A stretch of 61,019 nucleotides of DNA, counting the filler, from Stramenopiles sp. TOSAG23-3 (lineage: Eukaryota), in assembly GCA_900128585.1 (NCBI GenBank). It is 16 parts of 16 records of this genome, joined end to end, with 100 filler letters (N's around TTAATTAATTAA, not from the genome) between each part and the next. Parts side by side here need not be neighbours in the genome. Positions count along the whole stretch, not along the records: positions 53,504 to 57,214 come from LT644110.1; positions 57,315 to 61,019 come from LT644111.1; 14 more parts are not named here. One strand, given 5' to 3'. Positions 53,962 to 61,019 of this stretch are shown piece by piece (positions within the stretch are counted from its first letter, which is position 1; the number at the start of each line of letters is the position of its first letter). The position numbers and the translations under genes are program-made. Below the pieces are notes generated by a model, which worked only from the letters and a program-made list of their open reading frames with translations, was not told the origin of the DNA and did not search any database.

Positions 53962-56700
53962 TTAGTGGAAAATTTCCGAGACAATTTCCAGCGACTTTGG
54001 ACAACCTTTCAAAATAACTTTGGCTTCCTCCACAGCTTTGGGGCCAGAAACTTTTCCATTTTTGTACTCTTTCATCAAAGCCATAAACTTCTTCATGGTC
54101 TTGTCGTCGCTGACCTCTGACTTGATTATCTTTACGTAAGACATTGACCCACTGCGCTTCAGTGCCTTTGTCTTTTCCGCCGGGGATACCCCGTCTTCTT
54201 TCTCTACCACTTCGTCCCCAGAAATTCCCGTCTTGGAATCCCCGTTGGGATCCCCGCTGTCCTCTTTGCTCAACGGTGCCCAAGTCTTGACACTTGTTTT
54301 CATCGACGTAGTGGGCGATCCCATCCCGTTCCCCGTGACGAGCATGGGGTGAACTTTTTTACTGCCTTTCGATTGCCTTTTGGTGCCGCCCTCGTGCCCA
54401 GGAAGCTCGCTCAGGTACTCTTCGCTCTCGTAACGGTCGTCCACCCCATCGTTGTCTTCGTCGTAGTTGCAAAGAATTTTCGACATTCCTATGTGTAACC
54501 TACGCATGGACTTGTGCAATTCCCCGTGGGCCTCGGGGGCGTCTTTCCCCATTCCGATTTTACTGCATTTCAGGATCGCGGGAGTTCCCCCACCCAAAAC
54601 AAACACGGTAAACAAAACAATGAGGACGGTGGTTGACATCATCGTGTGCCTCAAGTGCGTCGGTATCCCTGCACACAACCCTATCGCAATGGCTCCCCTT
54701 AGTCCAGACCACCACATAATTGTGGCATGAGTCCATGGAATTTTTCGTTCGGGCGAACGGCACAAATTCAGTATTGCCACGAGGGGGAAAACCGATACGA
54801 ACCGGGCGACAAGAATGATGACGAGAACAACGACGGTGAAGTTCCAACTGATTGCCTTGTAGTTCACGACGGTGACCAACCCCGTCAACAGGAAAATCAT
54901 CATGTCTGCTAAAGATGCCAGGGTGTTGGTCAAAATGTGTGCCCTTTGATGGCCCTCCTCGGACATGTTCGGTTTAACAAAAATGGCGGCCATCGTCCCA
55001 TGCAACAGCGACGCGACGATGCCACTGAAGTGAAACATTTCTGCAATCACAAAGGACGAGTAGGCTAGGGTAAGGAAGACGATGATTTCCAACACCGCCG
55101 TGTGCTTAAAAAATGTGTACTTGAACACAAGCGCGTGGAAGGAGCCAATTCCAAACCCAACCGCTATGGAGCCGAACAGGAGTGCGATGAACTTAAACAC
55201 TGCGTCCTCAACCGTAAAGTGGGACGTTATGCCACCGTAACGGGTGAACTTGGCAAAGGACTTATAGATCACGATCGACACGGCGTCGTTCAAAAGCGAC
55301 TCGCCGAAGACCAGGACCTCGATGTTCGGGTCGACCTTCAAGGCACTGAAAGTGGCCAGCGTGGCCACAGGGTCGACCGCCGAAATCAAGGCCGCGAAAG
55401 CGAAGCTTTCCCAAATGTTCATTTCTGAAGGGTAGTCGCCCCCGATTCCCCGAGCTCCATAGAGCGTCATCCCGACTATAAGCGTGCTCATGAGCGTCCC
55501 AAAGAGGGCAAAGATGATGATTTCAGACAAATTGGCCCCAAAATTCCCGTGCTGCATGGAGAATCCAGAGTAGAATATAATTGGCGGGAGCAGAACCAAA
55601 GTCAACATGTCTGGGTCGAAGGAAAGGTCCTGCGCGGCCGACGGGCCCAGCACGATCAGGGACCCCATTCCGTACAGCATTCCGAGGATGATAAATATTC
55701 CGGACTCTGGCAACCAGAGAACGTGCTTCAAATGCAAGTAGTTTCCTAGCCATGCCCCGGTGAACAACAGCCCCACGCGAAAGATGGTATACCTCGCACT
55801 CGACACCAGCGTGTCTTCTTTGTTGGAGCAGAACTGGTAGATGGCGTAATTGTGCCCGTCGTACATTCCGAGGTCTTGAACCCCTAGCCCGCTCTCTTCG
55901 TCGTCCACCACCTCCATGCTGAAGGACCCAGTGGTGCCCGGGATACTGATTTCCACTATGTTGTCTTCCACAAACTTTTTTGCGCTCTTTTTCTCATCCC
56001 CTTGGTCGCACAAGATTTTAAAAAGTATGTTCTCGGGGGGGGCGCTGTCATCGTCTTGGCAACTTCTCCACAGTCCAATCGCCAGCGAGGAGTGAATCTT
56101 TAAGGAATAACCCACTGCATTATTTTTTGAACCGATGGCCTCGTGCCTCAGGAATGTCGCCTGCGCCGGGGAGCACGATGCAGCGCAGAACACTCGCTGC
56201 CACGCTTCCTCGCACGCAGAGCATTTCTGAAAGAGCCCTATCAGAAAGCCCTGTGTGGCCTCAAAGGCGCTCTTCAAATCGTCCGAAACGGCATTGTCCG
56301 CGCAGCACGACATGTCGTCCTTGAAATGGTTGCAAATACCGGTCTTTTTCACACCCGGGGGCTGGGGCGACGTGCACTCGGTGGTGTTGCATCGGTGGTA
56401 CAGGTCGCACGTCGACGACGAACCGTCTAAATCGCCGAGCATCGTGGAGTTGCGACTTGCGAAGCAGCTCAAGCAGCTAGGATCGGCGCACGATTGCTCC
56501 ATGCCCCCCTTTTCACAGCACGGTCTACATGTCTCAACGTCCGCAATGACGCCGAGGTCTGCGCACGCCAAACACTCCCGCCCGGGCAAACAGCCAAGCG
56601 TTCTAACTACCGGGGTCCCAAGTATAGAGGCAGACCTCGCCGACGAGACCATCGACGCGAACAGCAATAAGCAAAGCGGGAGCTTGATGGACGGCGCCAT
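53962..56700 (-). CDS. Na+/H+ exchanger (CPA1, NHE8/NHX-like) with N-terminal Cys-rich domain and C-terminal PAH-like domain
   Basis: LPES, LLPPIIFYSG, ISAVDPVATL, VFGESLLNDAVSIV, SGIV, WSGLRGAIA. Signal peptide after ATG 56700. Confidence 0.93.
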   Translation of the reverse strand: MAPSIKLPLCLLLFASMVSSARSASILGTPVVRTLGCLPGRECLACADLGVIADVETCRPCCEKGGMEQSCADPSCLSCFASRNSTMLGDLDGSSSTCDLYHRCNTTECTSPQPPGVKKTGICNHFKDDMSCCADNAVSDDLKSAFEATQGFLIGLFQKCSACEEAWQRVFCAASCSPAQATFLRHEAIGSKNNAVGYSLKIHSSLAIGLWRSCQDDDSAPPENILFKILCDQGDEKKSAKKFVEDNIVEISIPGTTGSFSMEVVDDEESGLGVQDLGMYDGHNYAIYQFCSNKEDTLVSSARYTIFRVGLLFTGAWLGNYLHLKHVLWLPESGIFIILGMLYGMGSLIVLGPSAAQDLSFDPDMLTLVLLPPIIFYSGFSMQHGNFGANLSEIIIFALFGTLMSTLIVGMTLYGARGIGGDYPSEMNIWESFAFAALISAVDPVATLATFSALKVDPNIEVLVFGESLLNDAVSIVIYKSFAKFTRYGGITSHFTVEDAVFKFIALLFGSIAVGFGIGSFHALVFKYTFFKHTAVLEIIVFLTLAYSSFVIAEMFHFSGIVASLLHGTMAAIFVKPNMSEEGHQRAHILTNTLASLADMMIFLLTGLVTVVNYKAISWNFTVVVLVIILVARFVSVFPLVAILNLCRSPERKIPWTHATIMWWSGLRGAIAIGLCAGIPTHLRHTMMSTTVLIVLFTVFVLGGGTPAILKCSKIGMGKDAPEAHGELHKSMRRLHIGMSKILCNYDEDNDGVDDRYESEEYLSELPGHEGGTKRQSKGSKKVHPMLVTGNGMGSPTTSMKTSVKTWAPLSKEDSGDPNGDSKTGISGDEVVEKEDGVSPAEKTKALKRSGSMSYVKIIKSEVSDDKTMKKFMALMKEYKNGKVSGPKAVEEAKVILKGCPKSLEIVSEIFH

Positions 56701-57314
56701 TTCAAACAAAGCAACCGTTCCCTGCGAGCGAACACGTATCCCAACAATAAACGATAGGGGAAGAGATAATAGGATTTCAATTCAAACCTCATTTACATTT
56801 CACTTTCCTTCGATCAATTATATACATGCTTCCCTCATAATATCAATTATTTAAAAGAATGAACTTGTTGAACTTATATAATTAATATTCAAAAAAAAAA
56901 AAAATCGTTTTTTCATTTTTTTTTTTTCTTCTTCTCGTTTGTTCGTTGTTGTTGGGCTGAAGTTTATAATACTGTACTATTTGTATATTTTAGGTTGTGT
57001 TGTAGCGATGGAAATACACGTATGTAAACGACCTTTTTTAAGCAATCCGATGTATCAGATGAACCAATTTGGTGTATCGTATATTGATGGTATTTAAAAT
57101 ATGGTCAATTCGTTACGGTCATTCGAGTAACGTCAATTGTATACTTTGGGACAATCTGAAAAGAAACGACTCGTCGTGACTACTCGTCTATTTTTAGACC
57201 AATCGGTTTCAAAANNNNNNNNNNNNNNNNNNNNNNNNNNNNNNNNNNNNNNNNNNNNTTAATTAATTAANNNNNNNNNNNNNNNNNNNNNNNNNNNNNN
57301 NNNNNNNNNNNNNN

Positions 57315-57858
57315 CTACACGATGAAGCTCCTGGGGGCGACGCGCTTTTTGGCAACCACCGCCGTAGGCTCCCTTCGGGAGAATGTTGGCCCCGGCGCGA
57401 TCGTCAGCATCACCGACCACATCAACATGCAAGGCTGCAACCCGCTGATCGGCCCTAACGACCCGGACATGGGACCGCGGTTCCCAAGCTTGATGGATGC
57501 GTATAGTTCTAGGTTGCGGAAAGTCATGCACGAGAGTGCTGCGGCGAACGGCATAACGCTGCACGACGGGGTCTACCTGGCAACGACCGGGCCCAGCTTT
57601 GAAACCCCGGCCGAGATCCGTGCGTTCAAAACTTTGGGCGCCGACGTCGTCGGGATGTCCCTGGTTCCAGAAATCATCGCCGCCCGGCATTGTGGGTTGG
57701 AGTGCGCCGCACTCTCCATCGTCGTCAACTTGGCCAGTGGGTTGACGTCCGAGCACATAACGCACGAGGAAACCATCCATTATTCAGGGCAAGCATCGGC
57801 AAACGTTGCTAAACTAGCGTTGGAGTACGTTAGTCGTGTAAGCAAACTTGATGATTAA
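57315..57858 (+). CDS. PNP: Purine nucleoside phosphorylase (trimeric PNP/XapA type), C-terminal part
   Basis: DHIN..NPLIGPN..GPRF, GPSFETPAEI, GADVVGMS..PE..ARHCG, HEE. Confidence 0.92.
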
Positions 57859-58711
57859 ACATGAAAGATGTACTATCTTCGTAAATACAATAATAATATA
57901 AAACAATTTATTTATTATTATTTTTATATTATATATTATTATTTGTTGAACCAGTTGGTGTAATGTACAACAACAAGCTAAAACACTTGCACCTTGTAGT
58001 ACTTTATTCACACTTCCAGGCCTGGTACCTGTACCGGTACCTGGTACGGTACCGTATATAAATAGGTAATAAATAAGAGACTATTCTCCTCATCTTATTA
58101 TTACAAAACATAATTAAGCCAAAATATTGTAATCTCGTTCGTTGGCTTTCCTACCCCCGCCAAGTTATAAGTTTAATAATATGCTTGGTGCCTTCATTCT
58201 TCACATTTTAAATTGTATTATTGTATAGCTAGTCTATTATTAATAGTAAATAGATTATATTTAATAGATAGCGGTATAATAATAATACTATTACCCTTCT
58301 TGATATTCTAAAAAAATATTGTTGTTGTGTTGTTGTTCCAATCGAAGTTCCATTTGGGAATTGTTGAAGAAGAAGAAAGAAGAAGAAGAGAAGGAAAGTT
58401 TGGTAATGTATATAATAATATGTAATTAATACCCAATTTTGGTATTATTAATATATGATGATGTGGTGGTGGTGGTGGTGGGTGGTGAAAATGTGAAATT
58501 GTTCGTTGTGTGTGTAGTGTAGTTGTTCGTTGGTGAAAATGTCTATTATTATCCATGTAATTATAGTGTTCGCACAAGAACTGAAGTAGAAGTGATTAAC
58601 AGCGTTTCATGCAGAGCACGTTAAACACATCTATGTAAGTGTGTGTGAGAGAGAGACGTATTCCCCAAAACCAATACACACTTTTACGAAACCACGCCCA
58701 ACCATACCACC

Positions 58712-58980
58712 ATGCAAATATGGGACGAGCACTACTTTGCCTTTACGGCGGTTCTTACTGTTGCGATCCAGCTGGCGTGTTTCTTCGTAGCGTACGCATG
58801 CCACTTTGACCTGATCACGGATTTTGCCGGGAGTATGAACAAAGTCCTGCTTGCAGTCCTTACACTCTGCTTAAAGGACACCTTTTACACCCGCCAAGTT
58901 GTCCTGACCGTCCTGCTCGTCCTGAGCAGGACCGAGCTGGCACTCTTCCTGTTTTACCGGGTCTGCTCCCGCAAGAAGGA
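58712..58980 (+). pseudogene. DUF1295 (steroid 5-alpha-reductase-like) N-terminal fragment
   Basis: QLACFFVAY..FDLITDFAGSMN, RQVV, FLFYRV; similarity stops just before the expected DxRF motif. Confidence 0.65.
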
Positions 58981-59410
58981 GTTCAATTTAACCACCTATT
59001 CCTGTTTGGGTTTTGGGTTAGGGTACGTTGTCCGAGGAGGGGAGGACGGAGGAGGGGAGGAGTGATCGATCAGCGTACCTACCGTACGGTACAGGTACCG
59101 TAGTATTAATACCAAGGTACGTAGCAGATAATAATAATAAAATAAAATTTTATAAAATAAAATCTTCTTCTTCCTCCTCCTCTTCTTTTTCTTAGAAGAT
59201 CTACCACCACCACCCCATCCCATATTTATTATTATTATTATGACAGTAAATAAAAAATAAATAAAAATACAAGAAGAAAAAGGAAAATAAAATTCATATT
59301 CTATTTGTCTAGTAAAAAAACGGCAACGTTCATTTCCCTGTTTCCCTGTTTAGTCGTTTGTTCCGTCGCCGTCTTTAACTACCTGCACACCTATCTACCA
59401 ACCACCCACC

Positions 59411-60400
59411 ATGTCGCCACCGCATATTTTACTCATGGGACCCCGCCGGTCGGGGAAGACGTCAATCCAGCGCGTTGTGTTTTACAAAATGTCCCCGCAT
59501 GAAACGCTGTTCTTAGAATCGACGAACACGCTCGATATAAAATTCATTGCAAACAATGAGCTCGTTCAGTTCCAGGTGTGGGATTTTCCAGGAGAGTTCG
59601 AGTTCAAGGACGACATCGACTTCAACGGGAAGGCGTTGACGGAAGCGCAGTTCTTCGAAAACTGTGGGGCGCTCGTCTTTGTGATCGACGCTCAGGACGA
59701 CCCGTACCACGAAGCGCTCGCGCGGCTGCACGACGCCGTCGTCTGCGCCCACAAATACAACCCGAACATATGTTTTGAAGTCTTCGTCCACAAGGTCGAC
59801 GGGGACCTCTTCCTGTCGGACGAACACCGAATCGAGTGCCAGCGGGACATCCACGAACAAATCTACGCCGAGCTGAAGGACAGGAAAGTAGATATTCAGT
59901 TAGGGTTCCATTTGACCAGCATCTACGACCACTCCGTTTTTGAAGCCTTTAGCAAGGTGGTCCAAAAGCTGATCCCCCAGAAGCTGCCCACGGTGGTGAA
60001 CCTCATGGACAACCTGGTCGCCCATTGCAGTCTGGAAAAGGCCTTCCTCTTCGACGTCGTCAGTAAGATTTACATTGCGACGGACAGCAACCCGGTCGAC
60101 ATGCAATCCTACGAGCTCTGCAGCGACATGATCGACGTGGTGATCGACGTCTCGTGCATTTATGGCGTCCGGGACGACGGGGATGGGTTGGCATACGACA
60201 ACAAGTCGTCTAGCATCATGCAGCTGAACAACGGGATGGTCCTTTACCTGAAGGAAGTCAGCAACTACCTTGCCCTTGTCTGCTTGCTGCGCTCGAACAA
60301 TTTTGAAAACCAGGGCCTCATGGACTACAACGTGGGGTGCTTCAAGGAGTCCATCGCCGAGGTGTTTTCCAGAAAATCGAAACGGGCGGCCTTGGAGTGA
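59411..60400 (+). CDS. RRAGC: Rag GTPase RagC/D (Gtr2)
   Basis: [60 protein letters not shown]. Confidence 0.95.
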   Translation: MSPPHILLMGPRRSGKTSIQRVVFYKMSPHETLFLESTNTLDIKFIANNELVQFQVWDFPGEFEFKDDIDFNGKALTEAQFFENCGALVFVIDAQDDPYHEALARLHDAVVCAHKYNPNICFEVFVHKVDGDLFLSDEHRIECQRDIHEQIYAELKDRKVDIQLGFHLTSIYDHSVFEAFSKVVQKLIPQKLPTVVNLMDNLVAHCSLEKAFLFDVVSKIYIATDSNPVDMQSYELCSDMIDVVIDVSCIYGVRDDGDGLAYDNKSSSIMQLNNGMVLYLKEVSNYLALVCLLRSNNFENQGLMDYNVGCFKESIAEVFSRKSKRAALE

Positions 60401-60760
60401 GAGAGGGGGCAAGGTGGAGAAACGGGGGAGTGGGAGAGGCGGAGCGAGTGGAGAGAATGATGTTGATTTAAACACACACGACGCTAATTTATATTACGTA
60501 TCATGTAAGAACTTATGTGTTTAGTCTGATGTGCGAACGCATGGTCGTAGCGTACTATGTACATATTCGTAAACTTATCATAAAATGGGTTCTTTGCCTT
60601 TTAAAAAAATGAAAGAGAGTGTGTACCTCAGCGAGTTGCACTCGGCCAAGCTCACACCGTTTTCAAGTACGTACTCGTATCAATTTACATGTTTCAAGAC
60701 AAAATTATTCTTGTACATTAAGAGCAAGAATTAATTCTTACTTGCTTAATATTTACCCTC

Positions 60761-61019
60761 TTACGCAAAGAACAAGATGAAGATTATCATAAAGCTCATC
60801 AGGACCCCAAATATCTTTGCCGCCAACATCCGGTTCGACGAGTTGTTGTACGTCTGCTGCAGCTGCTGCAGCCCCCCCGCAAGGTTGCTTTCAATATCCC
60901 CAACGTTGTCGTCTATGCGCTGGATCTCAGTGCCCTGGAACTCTATCATCTCCATCAGCTGCGAAAACACCGTGCTCAGCTCGCCCATGGTCGTGTTGAT
61001 GGTATCCACCGCCTGGGCC
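60761..61019 (-). CDS. STX5: Syntaxin-5 (Sed5)-like Qa-SNARE, C-terminal part
   Basis: ELSTVFSQL..QG..IQRIDDN, SSNRMLAAKIF, then a terminal TM. Confidence 0.85.
   Translation of the reverse strand, partial: AQAVDTINTTMGELSTVFSQLMEMIEFQGTEIQRIDDNVGDIESNLAGGLQQLQQTYNNSSNRMLAAKIFGVLMSFMIIFILFFA

Noticed and set aside
3734-57314. Regularly spaced TTAATTAATTAA repeats every ~3.8 kb
   Set aside because: Artificial linkers between size-sorted contigs; not a biological array or nanochromosome structure.
1-61019. CRISPR arrays, rRNA, tRNA or prokaryotic operons
   Set aside because: None recognised; the gene content (Rag GTPase, SNARE, CDK, spliceosomal introns) is eukaryotic.

Overview
Eukaryotic, intron-poor DNA with GC-rich coding regions and very AT-rich intergenic regions; it looks like a heterotrophic protist, possibly a stramenopile, but that taxonomy is an inference. 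The window is not one locus: it is 16 unrelated ~3.7 kb contigs sorted by decreasing length and joined by artificial N44-TTAATTAATTAA-N44 linkers, so adjacency across linkers means nothing. Recognisable genes: RFC small subunit, L-fuconate dehydratase (2 introns), sideroflexin fragment, UTP13/TBL3, RagC/D, syntaxin-5 fragment, PNP fragment, GT31, RCC1-repeat proteins and a FANCB-like protein. Highlights: (1) a tyrosine-recombinase (DIRS/Ngaro-type) retrotransposon whose RT follows gag in frame across one UGA-C codon and whose recombinase ORF opens right after a host-type splice acceptor; (2) a Na+/H+ exchanger fused to an NPC1-N/folate-receptor-like domain and a PAH-like tail; (3) a CDK with a ~110-aa cupredoxin-like, phage-type domain in its activation loop; (4) an SLC17 transporter with its C-half before an N-half; (5) a dispersed repeat family with one fixed end, variable truncation, target-site duplications and one exactly circularly permuted copy. 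Several junctions look like amplification or assembly chimeras. All family calls come from reading motifs by eye, not from database searches.
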